Positions 26,531-36,900 of a stretch of DNA of 64,000 bases are shown one piece after another. The translations under genes and the position numbers were made by a program. This stretch comes from a virus (Duplodnaviria > Heunggongvirae > Uroviricota > Caudoviricetes): IMG/VR virus record IMGVR_UViG_3300041955_001975, positions 26,738-90,737 of that record. One strand, 5' to 3'. Below the pieces are notes generated by a model that was not told where the DNA came from, made no database searches, and was given only the letters and a program-made list of their open reading frames with translations. Every line of letters begins with the position of its first letter. The first letter of the stretch is position 1.

Positions 26531-29251
26531 ATGAAAGTCACCGAAGCCATCAAGGTCTTCCTCAACGCCAGGAAGTTGCCCGCCAACGCCGATCTGGTCG
26601 ATCGCTGGAGCGCCAGCATAGAGACCCAGGTCAACGTCGCCGCCGGCAATGGCGAGCCGGTCGAGGGCAAACGGACGACGTACAGCGATGGAATCAACGA
26701 ATGGTGGAACATTCGCTTGCCGAAGAACGCCAACAGCGACCCGTCCTGGGACGACTACGAGCTTCGGTTCCCTTTCGAGTTACACGCCGAGGGCATTGGC
26801 TGCACGGGCTGGGACTGGGCAGCACGCCGATCTCGCTGGTGCGCATTCGATTTTGACAGTCTCACCACGCACGCCAGGGGCGTCGGCGTCACCGACGAGG
26901 AACTGGAGAAGATCAAGCTGGCGGCCGAGGCCCTACCCTATGTTGAGACCCGCCGCAGCACGGGCGGCAGCGGTGTCCATCTCTACGTCTACTTCGACGC
27001 GGCGGGCGTCCCCACAGACAACCACACCGAGCACGCCGCGCTGGCCAGGTGCGTACTGGGAATGATGTCTTCGGACACCGGCTTCGACTTTGCCTCGCAG
27101 ATCGACTGCTGCGGAGGGGTCATGTGGCTGTGGCACCGCAAGATGACCGCCGAGAACGGCGGCCTGTCTCTCGTGAAGCCGGCCACCAAGACGCTCTCCG
27201 TCTCCGATCTGCCGGCCAACTGGCACGATCACATTGAAGTCGTGACCAAAAAGCGGAGCAAAGTGCGTGTAAACGAGGTGGCCGAGGACGACCTCGACCC
27301 GTTCGAGGCCCTGGCAACATCCCGCAAGATCATTCCCCTGGACGACGGCCACAAGGCTCAGATCGAAAGCCTGATGCGGTCTGGCTTCACCACGCTTTGG
27401 ATCGCCGACCACCACCTGCTCCAGACGCACACCTGCGCACTGGCCAAGCTGATGGGTGAGGCTGACCTGAAGCTGGTCGGCTACTTCCAGACCATCTCGG
27501 AAGGCAAGAATCCGGGGTCACCCAACTGTTTCCTTTTCCCGCTCCCCAGCGGGGCGTGGAAGGTCTACCGTTTCTCGCCCGGGATCGCCGAGGCCGAGAC
27601 CTGGACCCAGGACGGCAATGGGTGGACGACCTGCTACTTCAACCGCACACCGGACCTTTCCGTCGCCGCCAAGGCCCACGGTGCCCTCGAAGACCCGGAC
27701 AAGATAGGCGAGTTCGTATTCCACGATGCTGCAAGCGCTCTGGAGGCGGCCGAGGCCCTGGGCCAGAAAATCACCCTCCTGGACGAGATGATGGACCGCG
27801 AAACCCGGCTCAAGTCCGGCAGGGACGGCCGGCTCGTCGTCGAGATCGAGAAGCGGGAAGAAGACGCCCCCATGCCGGGGTGGTTCGCCAAGAAGGGCAA
27901 GTGGTCTCGCATCTTCGACGTGAAGACCGACTCCAAGAAGTCCGACGAACTGGGCTTTTCGGAGCACGACAATGTTCTCCGCGAACTGGAGACACCCGCC
28001 AAGGAATTCGCCGGCTGGGTCATCCACAAGGGTGGCGAGTGGGTCCGCGAGCCGCCGGCCAACGTGAAGATGCTCTTGCAGAGCCGCGGTTTCGACAAAC
28101 CCGAGGCCGAGGCCATCATGGGCGGCGCGATCGGCAAGAGCTGGCGGCTGGTGAACCTGCCCTTCCACGAAGAGTATCCCGGCGGCCGGCAATGGAACAT
28201 GGACGCCGCCCAGTTGCGCTATGAGCCGGCAATCCTGGGCGATGAAGAGCAGCCGAGCCACGCACATTGGGACAAGGTTCTCAACCATATCGGCCAGGAG
28301 TTGAACGCCGGGCTGCGTGAGTCTCCCTGGGCGCAGAAGGCAGGCATGAAGACAGGGGCTCAGTATCTTTTGGCCTGGATCGCCTGCATGATCCGCTACC
28401 CTTTCTCGCCGCTGCCCTACCTGTTCCTCTACGGACCGGAGAACAGCGGCAAGTCGATCTTCCACGAGGCCATCGCCCTCTTGATGACCAAGGGCTGCGT
28501 GCCGGCCGACCGGGCATTGACCAGCGCCAGCGACTTCAACGGGGAACTGGCCAACTGCATCCTGGCGGTCGTCGAAGAAAAGGACATCTCCAAGGCCAAG
28601 GGGGCGCTGGCCAAGATCAAGGAATGGGTCACGGCCCGCAACCTGTCCATCCGCAAGATGCGGACCGACAGCTACACGCAGCCCAACACGACCCACTGGG
28701 TCCAATGCGCCAACCGCCGGGAGAACTGCCCCATCTTTCCCGGCGACACGCGGATCACCGTGATCCATGTGCCGGACCTTCTGCCGGACCAGGAAATCCC
28801 CAAGGAGAAGCTGATCGAGCGTCTTACGGAAGAGGCCCAGCACTTCATGTACAGCCTGATGAACATGGAACTGCCGGAGGTGTTGGGTCGGCTGCGGCTC
28901 CCCATCGTGATTACCGACAGCAAGCTGCGGAGCGAGGAAGACAACCGCGATGCGTTCGAGGAATTCCTTGCCGACAACTGCTTCGAGGCCCCGGGGGCCT
29001 TGATGCCTTTCAAGGACTTGTTCGACAAGTTCTACGAGTCGCTGACCGTCAACGAGAAGGGCGAGTGGACGAAGCAGAGGGCGATCAAGAAGCTGCCCTC
29101 ACGGTTCCCCACAGGAAACGGTCCCGGCAACAAGAAGTATGTTGCCAACATCTCCCTTGAAGAAGTGACCACTCCCGACGCAAAGCCCCTTCTGTACTTG
29201 AACGGCAAGTTCGTTACACAGCCGCAAGAGCCATCGGAGGCCCAGCCATGA
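26531..29251 (+). CDS. bifunctional primase-polymerase (AEP) / D5-like SF3 helicase
   Basis: N-terminal prim-pol block (GSGVHLYVYFD). C-terminal P-loop LYGPENSGKS typical of P4/D5-type primase-helicases. Start set at MKVTEAIK (906 aa). Confidence 0.75.
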   Translation: MKVTEAIKVFLNARKLPANADLVDRWSASIETQVNVAAGNGEPVEGKRTTYSDGINEWWNIRLPKNANSDPSWDDYELRFPFELHAEGIGCTGWDWAARRSRWCAFDFDSLTTHARGVGVTDEELEKIKLAAEALPYVETRRSTGGSGVHLYVYFDAAGVPTDNHTEHAALARCVLGMMSSDTGFDFASQIDCCGGVMWLWHRKMTAENGGLSLVKPATKTLSVSDLPANWHDHIEVVTKKRSKVRVNEVAEDDLDPFEALATSRKIIPLDDGHKAQIESLMRSGFTTLWIADHHLLQTHTCALAKLMGEADLKLVGYFQTISEGKNPGSPNCFLFPLPSGAWKVYRFSPGIAEAETWTQDGNGWTTCYFNRTPDLSVAAKAHGALEDPDKIGEFVFHDAASALEAAEALGQKITLLDEMMDRETRLKSGRDGRLVVEIEKREEDAPMPGWFAKKGKWSRIFDVKTDSKKSDELGFSEHDNVLRELETPAKEFAGWVIHKGGEWVREPPANVKMLLQSRGFDKPEAEAIMGGAIGKSWRLVNLPFHEEYPGGRQWNMDAAQLRYEPAILGDEEQPSHAHWDKVLNHIGQELNAGLRESPWAQKAGMKTGAQYLLAWIACMIRYPFSPLPYLFLYGPENSGKSIFHEAIALLMTKGCVPADRALTSASDFNGELANCILAVVEEKDISKAKGALAKIKEWVTARNLSIRKMRTDSYTQPNTTHWVQCANRRENCPIFPGDTRITVIHVPDLLPDQEIPKEKLIERLTEEAQHFMYSLMNMELPEVLGRLRLPIVITDSKLRSEEDNRDAFEEFLADNCFEAPGALMPFKDLFDKFYESLTVNEKGEWTKQRAIKKLPSRFPTGNGPGNKKYVANISLEEVTTPDAKPLLYLNGKFVTQPQEPSEAQP

Positions 29252-29415
29252 CGATCCTGGTCTACAAGATCACCGGCAGGCACACCCGCTCGATTGCGAC
29301 AGCGACCCTTGTGGATCAAGTCGAAACGGACAAGATGCCCAGCGACCAGATCGCGTTCGCCGAACAGCACGGCGGCGACTTCATTGAAGTGGCCGCAGAA
29401 ACGGCAGGTGCTTGA
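29248..29415 (+). CDS. hypothetical small protein (55 aa)
   Basis: ATG overlaps the primase stop as ATGA. GGAGG lies 8 nt upstream. Confidence 0.3.
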   Translation: MTILVYKITGRHTRSIATATLVDQVETDKMPSDQIAFAEQHGGDFIEVAAETAGA

Positions 29416-29657
29416 TGGCACAATTCATCCCGCTTGGCGGCGCGGTGTATGAAGTCCGCGCGGTGTTGGACATCGGCGACCTGCAACAGTTCGTCGGCGG
29501 CTTCGTGCGATTCTTGGATATCGGCTCGGGGAACCACGTCGTCTGCCACGAGGATGCCGAACTCGTCTACAGCAAGAACGCGCTGGCATCATCCCTATCC
29601 CAGCGGCCCGTTCACGGGCCTGCGATCATCTGTCGAATGAAAGAATTGGAGCTTTGA
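29412..29657 (+). CDS. hypothetical protein
   Basis: Translationally coupled to the upstream ORF. 81 aa. Confidence 0.3.
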   Translation: MMAQFIPLGGAVYEVRAVLDIGDLQQFVGGFVRFLDIGSGNHVVCHEDAELVYSKNALASSLSQRPVHGPAIICRMKELEL

Positions 29658-30115
29658 TGAAGTACAACATGACCGACAGCGGCAAGCGGCAGCAATTCGG
29701 CAGCAACCTCGCCATCCGGGACACCGCGGACGACAAGCCGCGCCCCGACCTGATCTCTCCCTTCGCCGAAGAGCGCCAGGGCCAATGGCTCCGCATGGGG
29801 GCCGCCAAGTATGCCGAACGCAACTGGGAACGCGGAATGCCCTTCACCCGCTGCGTCGCCTCGCTCAAGCGGCACGTCATGCGATACCAGCAGGGCAAGC
29901 GCGACGAGGACCACCTGGCCGCCATCATGTTTAACGCAATGGCCCTGATCCACTACGAGGAGATGATCGAGCGCGGCCTGCTCCCGACCGAACTGAACGA
30001 CATGCCCGTCTACAGCAAGCCGGCGGCCAAAGACAATAAGAGCCGTCGCAGGCCGGCGGCCATGAAGAAACACAATCCGCGCAAGCCGGCCTCCCCCACG
30101 AAGAGACGTAGGTGA
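29654..30115 (+). CDS. hypothetical protein with basic C-terminal tail
   Basis: 153 aa; C-terminus KSRRRPAAMKKHNPRKPASPTKRRR. Confidence 0.35.
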   Translation: MMKYNMTDSGKRQQFGSNLAIRDTADDKPRPDLISPFAEERQGQWLRMGAAKYAERNWERGMPFTRCVASLKRHVMRYQQGKRDEDHLAAIMFNAMALIHYEEMIERGLLPTELNDMPVYSKPAAKDNKSRRRPAAMKKHNPRKPASPTKRRR

Positions 30116-30151
30116 GTCTTACAAGGCTCTGCCAGCATAGACATCGGAATT

Positions 30152-30185
30152 CTGAAACCAGTTAGCCGGTTCCTGCAACTCTTTA
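30152..30185 (+). promoter_or_regulatory. conserved intergenic motif copy F (plus orientation)
   Basis: ctgaaaccagttagccggttcctgcaactctt, about 30 nt upstream of the exonuclease gene at 30216. Confidence 0.45.
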
Positions 30186-30215
30186 AGAGGGCGGGCAGCA
30201 CCTTGAGCACAGACC

Positions 30216-30833
30216 ATGAAAACCTACTCCTCCCTCGTGACCTGCAACGGCAATCTGTTGGTCTCCATCGACCTGGAGACAACCGGCACCCAGCCGGGCT
30301 ACCACGAGATCATCCAGATCGCCATCGTGCCGCTGAACAGCGACATCCGCCCCATCGCGGAGTTGCCGGTCTTCTACACCAACATGAGGCCGAAGTTCCC
30401 GCGCCGCGCGGAGAAATCGGCTACCGCCAAGCACGGCATTACGATCTCCGACCTGCTGATGCAAGCGCCGGAGCCGGAAAAGGTCGAGGACATGCTGGTG
30501 GAGTGGTTCGAGCGGCTGGAACTGCCCTTCGGCAAAGTGCTCGTCCCCCTGGCCCACAACTGGGCCTTCGAGTCCAGCTTCCTGAAGGCATGGCTCGGCT
30601 GCCCGATGGTGGACCGCATCTTCCACTCGCACGCCCGGGACGGGATGCTCACGGCCATTGCGCTCAATGACCGGGCGGCCTTCGCCGGAGAGCCGGAGCC
30701 CTTTAACCGGGTGGGTCTCGGCTCCATCTGCCACAAGCTGGGGATCGTCAACACGAAAGCGCACGACGCCCTGGCCGACGCCTATGCCGGGGCCGAGGTC
30801 TACCGCGCAATGGCCCTGGGAATGGTGGGATAA
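30216..30833 (+). CDS. DnaQ-like (DEDDh) 3'-5' exonuclease
   Basis: Exo I VSIDLETTG, Exo II HNWAFE, Exo III HDALADAYAGAEVY. Confidence 0.7.
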   Translation: MKTYSSLVTCNGNLLVSIDLETTGTQPGYHEIIQIAIVPLNSDIRPIAELPVFYTNMRPKFPRRAEKSATAKHGITISDLLMQAPEPEKVEDMLVEWFERLELPFGKVLVPLAHNWAFESSFLKAWLGCPMVDRIFHSHARDGMLTAIALNDRAAFAGEPEPFNRVGLGSICHKLGIVNTKAHDALADAYAGAEVYRAMALGMVG

Positions 30834-31198
30834 TGAGCGCAGAACCACGACCCGACCTGGCAGCCATTGAACTCACGCTCCCGCCGCCCGGCCCAAAGGA
30901 CACGGAGCGGACCTTCCACCGTCCGATCTTCGAGCCCGATGGTGCGATCACCTACCCGAAGACTCCAAGCGACTGGGAGCCGCCGCAGGACATCAACGGC
31001 TACGTCCGCGACCCCGACAACAAGTGGCGGTTCCTGCCACTCTGGCTGCCCTGCGGGCTGCGTTATCAGATGGCCTTCTTGAAGCCAAGCTGCGGCTGCA
31101 TCGACATCATCATGCGCTGCAACAACCCACAGGCATCCCTTTACGGTGAACGGCTGTCCCACACCGCCTGTGAATCGTGCCAGAGGAGAATAACATGA
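30833..31198 (+). CDS. Cys-rich hypothetical protein (GYVRD motif)
   Basis: Contains INGYVRDPDNKWRFLPLWLPCG plus CGC and CESC pairs. Paralogous to the next ORF. Confidence 0.35.
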   Translation: MSAEPRPDLAAIELTLPPPGPKDTERTFHRPIFEPDGAITYPKTPSDWEPPQDINGYVRDPDNKWRFLPLWLPCGLRYQMAFLKPSCGCIDIIMRCNNPQASLYGERLSHTACESCQRRIT

Positions 31199-31752
31199 AA
31201 GAACCCTGCACCGACTGTCCCCAGATCGCAATCCCGTTGCCGGGCAGCCAGCGGCCTGTAGCGCCTGCCTCGACCGTCATTCTCAACTTTGGCAGCCCGC
31301 AGCAGCACTCCCATCGGTTGGTAGCGCAGGCCATCCCGGCCGATGCCGCCCTGACGCACGGGCGTCCCGCGTGCCATGACGACGGCTCGCTGGAGTTCCC
31401 CGTGGAAGGGCACCCGGACATCCACGGATACGTGCGGGACAGCCGGAACCCGCGAGTCTTCCATCCGGCATGGCCGGAATGCGTCTATCGGGTGCTGCGC
31501 GTGACTGCGGACAAGCAGCTTGTCGTCACCGGACACTGCAACGGACCGCTAGCGGCACGCACGCGGCAGCCACTCACTACAGAGATTTGCCAGGCGTGCC
31601 CCGCCCGGCGTCCCCATCTGACCCGGGCGCTGCCTAAGAATGCCGATGAAATCAATGCTGCCGTGAGAGCCAGGTTGAAGCCTACTGGTAAAACTGCGAA
31701 TGAGCCATCCCCGCCCGGTCAGCCTGGCTCATCATCAGCTTCAGTACCTTAG
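31195..31752 (+). CDS. Cys-rich hypothetical protein (GYVRD motif), paralog of 30833..31198
   Basis: CTDCP...IHGYVRDSRNPRVFHPAWPECV...CQACP. Its 3' end overlaps the convergent SPFH gene by about 70 bp. Confidence 0.35.
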   Translation: MKEPCTDCPQIAIPLPGSQRPVAPASTVILNFGSPQQHSHRLVAQAIPADAALTHGRPACHDDGSLEFPVEGHPDIHGYVRDSRNPRVFHPAWPECVYRVLRVTADKQLVVTGHCNGPLAARTRQPLTTEICQACPARRPHLTRALPKNADEINAAVRARLKPTGKTANEPSPPGQPGSSSASVP

Positions 31753-32257
31753 TCTCAGCGAAGTCCACCAACTTCGAGCGGACAACGTGGACGCCAAACT
31801 GCCGCAACTCCTTGCGGACGGCATGAGTCAGCGTCGTAGTCAAGGTCTGGTCCGCGATCCCCTTCATAATCTCATCGTAGGTGTGGGTGGCGACCACACC
31901 GACCACCGTGGCCTGGGTCAGGTCGTTGATCGTCACGTCCACGTCCCAGTTGACCTTGCCGATGGCCTGCACCACGTCCCGGATCTTGTAGACCACCAAG
32001 GTCTTGACCGTAACTTTCTTGCCGTCCTTGGTGGTCAGGACCTGGTCAGGGATCGAAAGCGTCTGGCGGGCCGTGACCAGGACTTCCACCTCGGTCGTCA
32101 GGGGCCAGTACCAGTGCAGGCCAGGCGGCATCGCCTTGACCTTCCAGCCATGTACCCACTTCACCCCGGCATGAGTCGCCCGGACAATGACGATGCGAGG
32201 GCAAAAGCGAAAGACCGCCTCAATCAGTTGATTAAGCCACGCGAAGGCAGATTCCAT
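31682..32257 (-). CDS. SPFH/band-7 (stomatin/prohibitin-like) domain protein
   Basis: SPFH core LTTKDGKKVTVKTLVVYKIRDVVQAIGKV...VVGVVATHTYDEI. Confidence 0.6.
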   Translation of the reverse strand: MESAFAWLNQLIEAVFRFCPRIVIVRATHAGVKWVHGWKVKAMPPGLHWYWPLTTEVEVLVTARQTLSIPDQVLTTKDGKKVTVKTLVVYKIRDVVQAIGKVNWDVDVTINDLTQATVVGVVATHTYDEIMKGIADQTLTTTLTHAVRKELRQFGVHVVRSKLVDFAETKVLKLMMSQADRAGMAHSQFYQ

Positions 32258-32362
32258 CGTAGTGTCTCCAGAAAGAGAAAGGGTGTCCAGGCGTAAGCCG
32301 GGGCACCCTTTCGTCGTTTACGGCGTGCTGCGGGTCCTGCTGGGGACCCGTTAGGAAAGCCG

Positions 32363-32635
32363 TCAGGGAATCGGGCACGGAGCGTCGGGGTCCGGGTTCG
32401 GACTGCCGGGCTGCAAAAGCTGCCGGCTGCGCGATGCCTCCCTCACGCTCATCAGCGTGCTCTTGAGATCGGACCTGCGAGGGTCGATCGAGTCCAGATC
32501 ATGGGAGGCGCGAGCAGCCCGCGCCGCCTCCCGAGCGTCTTGAATGTCCCGGCCGACATCGTTAGGATTGCGGCCCTGGGCCTCAATCAAGGCGATGCCC
32601 GGCGTCGGGTTGGTGGCCTTGCTTACGTTCTGCAT
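32363..32635 (-). CDS. small paralog family protein 1 (MQNV...AQGR family)
   Basis: MQNVSKATNPTPGIALIEAQGRNPNDVGRDIQDAREAA...DAPCPIP. One of four tandem paralogs. Confidence 0.45.
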   Translation of the reverse strand: MQNVSKATNPTPGIALIEAQGRNPNDVGRDIQDAREAARAARASHDLDSIDPRRSDLKSTLMSVREASRSRQLLQPGSPNPDPDAPCPIP

Positions 32636-32652
32636 GGATGCCCTTTCTTGGG

Positions 32653-32949
32653 CTACACGATGGGTTGTGGAGAAGGGGCGGCCGTATCCGTGGCCACGGC
32701 CCTGGGATAAGTCGCCAGGGCCGGCTCGCCTCCCCACTCCCCGCCCCGCCTGTCCACGACCGCCTGCCTCATGGCCAGCAGCTTGCGTTGGACGGGCGTG
32801 TGGTCCACTGACACAGCGCGTTGGCGGACCTCCGCCGTGTGCCGAGCGTCCTGAACGTCCTGGTAGACCTCATCGTGACTGCGGCCCTGGGCCTCGATCA
32901 TCACGATGTCCGGCGAGGCGCTGTTGGTATTACCTACGTACTGAGTCAT
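32653..32949 (-). CDS. small paralog family protein 2
   Basis: MTQYVGNTNSASPDIVMIEAQGRSHDEVYQDVQDARHTA... Confidence 0.45.
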   Translation of the reverse strand: MTQYVGNTNSASPDIVMIEAQGRSHDEVYQDVQDARHTAEVRQRAVSVDHTPVQRKLLAMRQAVVDRRGGEWGGEPALATYPRAVATDTAAPSPQPIV

Positions 32950-33036
32950 GGTCGCCTCGTGTCGGGGATCGGACATCCCCATGACTGCGGCCTTGGGCCG
33001 CAATCATGGTGATGTCTGGGTGTCCCCTTCGTCTTG

Positions 33037-33315
33037 TCAGGGAATCGGGCACGGGGCATCCGTGTCCGGGGTCGTACCGATGGTGGGCGTCAGATCACGC
33101 TCCGCGTGCGCCTTCATCATCATGGCCTTCAGCCTGTCCTTGACCCCGGAGGTGAGGGTGCCGGAGGGTGCCGCTTCGTGCGACAACCGCGCCGCCGCCA
33201 CCGTCTGCCGGGCATTCTGGATGTCCTGGTGGACGGCATCGCTGTCGCGGCCCTGGGCCGGAATCAGCACGATGTCCGGCGATGGGCTGGTGACGGGTTT
33301 TCCTACGTTCTGCAT
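33037..33315 (-). CDS. small paralog family protein 3
   Basis: MQNVGKPVTSPSPDIVLIPAQGRDSDAVHQDIQNARQTV...DAPCPIP. Confidence 0.45.
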   Translation of the reverse strand: MQNVGKPVTSPSPDIVLIPAQGRDSDAVHQDIQNARQTVAAARLSHEAAPSGTLTSGVKDRLKAMMMKAHAERDLTPTIGTTPDTDAPCPIP

Positions 33316-33380
33316 GGGAATGTCCCTTCTTGCGTGAGCAGCGATCGGTGCCTGGTCTACGAGACCCGGCACAAGGTCGC

Positions 33381-33629
33381 TTACTCGGTGGCGCTGTCCG
33401 GCACGCTGGCCACGCCGGCGGCCTCGCTGACCTTCTGGCTGACGGGCTTCCAGCCGGCCTGGCCATAGACCTGGGCCTGGTCCCGCTCGGGAACCTGCCC
33501 CGTCGCCTTGTTGTACTCGTTGAGCGACTTGGCCATCGCCACGTCGCGGTCCACCTGGTCGCCCGTCGCACCTTGCGCCTGGATCAAAACGGTGTCGGGG
33601 CACTTGCCCAAAGTTCCGATGTTCTGCAT
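33381..33629 (-). CDS. small paralog family protein 4
   Basis: MQNIGTLGKCPDTVLIQAQGATGDQVDRDVAMAKSL... Confidence 0.4.
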   Translation of the reverse strand: MQNIGTLGKCPDTVLIQAQGATGDQVDRDVAMAKSLNEYNKATGQVPERDQAQVYGQAGWKPVSQKVSEAAGVASVPDSATE

Positions 33630-33715
33630 TTTCGTACTCGCTTTCTGAAACAGAGAAAACAACACAACACAGACGGAAACGAACCTACATCGGTCCGCCT
33701 CTCACTCGCACTACG

Positions 33716-33895
33716 CTACTTCTTGCGATGCTTGGCGAACTGCGCCAGTCGCTTGGCCAACGCGACCTGCCGGTTGGTCGTCGCATCCTTGTGGGGCCTG
33801 GCCTCGAACTGGGAGAGCGTCATGCCCGCCGCCTTGGCCTTCGCCGTCAACGCCCCGGGGTGCTGGATCGCCCCCTGAATCCACTTGTCAGCCAC
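33716..33895 (-). CDS. conserved small phage protein (59 aa)
   Basis: GTG start with GAAGGAGG 7 nt upstream. Sequence ADKWIQGAIQHPGALTAKAKAAGMTLSQFEARPHKDATTNRQVALAKRLAQFAKHRKK. Not in the ORF track (too short). Confidence 0.4.
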   Translation of the reverse strand: MADKWIQGAIQHPGALTAKAKAAGMTLSQFEARPHKDATTNRQVALAKRLAQFAKHRKK

Positions 33896-33918
33896 GAGAT
33901 GCCTCCTTCACGAAAAGG

Positions 33919-36900
33919 TTAGTAAACGATCGCCGAAACCAGGGACGCAACAGTGCTTGCGTCGGTCTGAATTGCCGTGAACTGGGCCGAATTCAGCGTG
34001 GCCCCCCACGCCTGAGAGACAAAAGGCGCGATGAGAGTTACGGTACTGGCCATGCCGAGGGCCAGGTTCGACACGTCGGCCGCCAACCGGGCAACGTCCG
34101 TCCCAAGCCGAGTGGCCGCCGTCACAATCGCAGTCGTCGAGCCTACCGAGATGCCGCGCACCACATTGGCCACGGCATCCAGTTGCACGGTCGCTGCCGA
34201 TCCCGGCACGTTGTAGAGGTAGTCCGACATGGCGGGTGTGTACGCGGCCTCGGCCTTCGCAAAATCCATCTTCAGGGCATACGTCGCACTGGTGTTCGTG
34301 GGGTCGATCACCGGGGCACCGACCTGGCCCAGGCTAAAGAAATCCCCCAGGTAGCCAAAGTTCTTGAGACCGGGATTCTTGCTGTCCATGATCTTCGTCG
34401 TGGAAAGGTCGAGCACAACGGCGGCAGGCACGGGGATGTCGGGGACCGACGCCTCCTGCAAGTAATCCAGGTTCAGGTCCAACTGCTTGGGAGATCCCGA
34501 AGTTGTCCCGGCATACTGATTGGGAAACACGACCGGCTGTGCCGTAAAGCCCACGTCCGTAGGCGTCGGGTCGCCCCAGTCGGCGTGCGGCCCGAAGATG
34601 ACGTTCGGACCGCCGACAAAGACTCCCCGGAGAATAGGCTGAATGCCGCCGGTAGGCACCGTGGAGCCGTCTCCCGTCAGGCCGCCGTCCGCCGCCGGTG
34701 CAACGGCATAGCTGGTGGACGGCAGTTGGCCGACCGGCAGGGGGCCGCCGGCATTCATACCGATGCCGCCGCCCCCGAAACCCACCGTCTCCTCCACGGA
34801 CAGCGGCCAGGTCTGGCTGGTCGGCAAATTGGCCGGCCAGTAGAAGGGGTTCTGCGTCATCGCCCCCGCATTCACCGGGCACTCGCACTCGAAGTCGATG
34901 CAGTTCTCCGCGGAGTTGTAGGCGGCCTTCTGCACCAGCACGGGCACGGCCGCCGAGGCGATCGCCCCAGGGACGTTGAACGTGACGCAATCGAAGGTCT
35001 CCAGGTTCAGCTTGTTCAAGAACGCGCGGAACCTGATCCGCTTCCAGATCATGGAGTAACGGATGAGCCAGAAGGTGGCCATCTTGAGGATGATGTCCGG
35101 CTGATTGAAGATCCACCAGTCGTAATCCTTCTCCCAGAGCCCATAGCGCGAGACGTTGTGCCTCAAGACGATCAACTGCTCCTGCTGCTCCCCCGGCTCA
35201 GGAGCGTAGCCCATCCTCCACTTGACGTTCATCTTGGTGACCAGGTTCTCCGTGTCCGTGGAGGCGATCTCCATGCCGCGCTCGGAGTCGATGTCGCTGG
35301 TGGTGATCGTGTCCACCGGCGTCGGCGGCTCAGGCAGGTAGGTGAGGTAGACCACTTCGTTCTCGATCCAGACCGCACAGCGGCACTGGAAGGCGATGTC
35401 CTTGAGCACTTGCAGCACGTTCTTGCGATCCAGCAAGGGGAAGTTGGCCGGGAAGGGGGCCAGCTTCGTGCGGCAATGGTTGAAGGAGGTCGCGTCCCAG
35501 GTCAGGTCCGTATAGTTCTCGATGAGGTACTCCAGGATGTCCACGATGTTCGGGCCGATCGACGACTGAAACGTGACGTAAATCTGGTCCGACCAGCCTG
35601 TGATCCAGTTGGTGTTCAAGTCCTGGTAGACCACCAGGGAGAGCCGTTGGTTCAGCACCACCTGCACGGCCGTGATGCTCCCGTACTGCACGGTCTCGAC
35701 CGTGTACCAGCTCGGCGGCACCACGTTCAGCACGCGCTGGCCGTTGACCGTCTGGTACGCCTTGACGCACAGCACCTGGCCGGGCGTGATGGAGGCGATG
35801 AAATTGCAACCCTGATTTGTGCCCAATTGGACCTTGGCCCCTGCGTCCGCCCAGAACTGCTTGGCGGTCAACATCGGCGGCTTCACGATGGGGGCCGTCG
35901 GCGTCGTGAGAATGGTGACCGCCTCGTCCAGAAGGCAGGGGTTAGCAGACAAGCTGCCAAGGCTGCCGCAGGGTATGTCGGCGGTGAAGTGCAGTGTGCT
36001 TACCGGCGGCGGGTTTAGCAGCGGGCAATCAATGAGATGCTGTGCCGCCTTCAGCTCCGCGTTCGCCACTTCCAGGTTGTAGTGAAGGATAACCTGCGGG
36101 TCCTCCGTCGCAGTGATGGTGAAGACCTCGCCCTGGAACGATCCCTGGAGGTATGCGCTGCCGAGCGTGAGCCACAATTGCTGGTTTTGCGGGAAATCCT
36201 CTCCCCCGAGTATGTGGATCGGATTGGCACCGGTGAATCCGGCCAACTCCGACAACTGCCGTGCGCGCGTGGCCCTCATGCAGGCTTCCTTATGATTCAG
36301 CAGGAATTCCTCGTTGGCCATCTGGTTGGAAATCGCCTGCGCCTGGTCCTTGTACTGCTGGTACTTGACCGGGTCCACGTCCTGCCAAAGGTCGGCCGCC
36401 TGCTGATACACGTTCATTTGCTGGCCTTGCTTCCAGAGGCCAAACAGCGTGGAGGGGTCGAAGTCCGTCCCGTTGGCGTACAGCGGCACGACCTCGCCGG
36501 TCCAGGTCACGAATCCCACGGGGTCCAGGGTCACGCCTTCGACGGCCAGATTGACCTCCAAGGCGGGGTAGTCGGCCACCTGTCCAAAGACCATCGGCCA
36601 CGCCTTGCCGATCATCTCGCTGGGAATGTAGGGAAAGCTGCCCTCCTCCACCGAGAAGCCGACTTCCAGGTTCTCCAAAGGCGAGACGATCGTGACCTTC
36701 AAGGTACGATCGCGCTCGTTCCAGGTCACCGGCGTATTGATTCGCCCGCTGAAGACCAGGAACTTGTCGGCCAGATCGAGCCCCTGGAACCACTGGTAGA
36801 TGCGGACATGGACATTGTAGATGTCGTAGGCGTCGAAGATCGCCTTGAGCGACCCGTCCGTGTCGTCCAGCGTCAGCCCGACCTGCGCCGAGCTGCCGTT

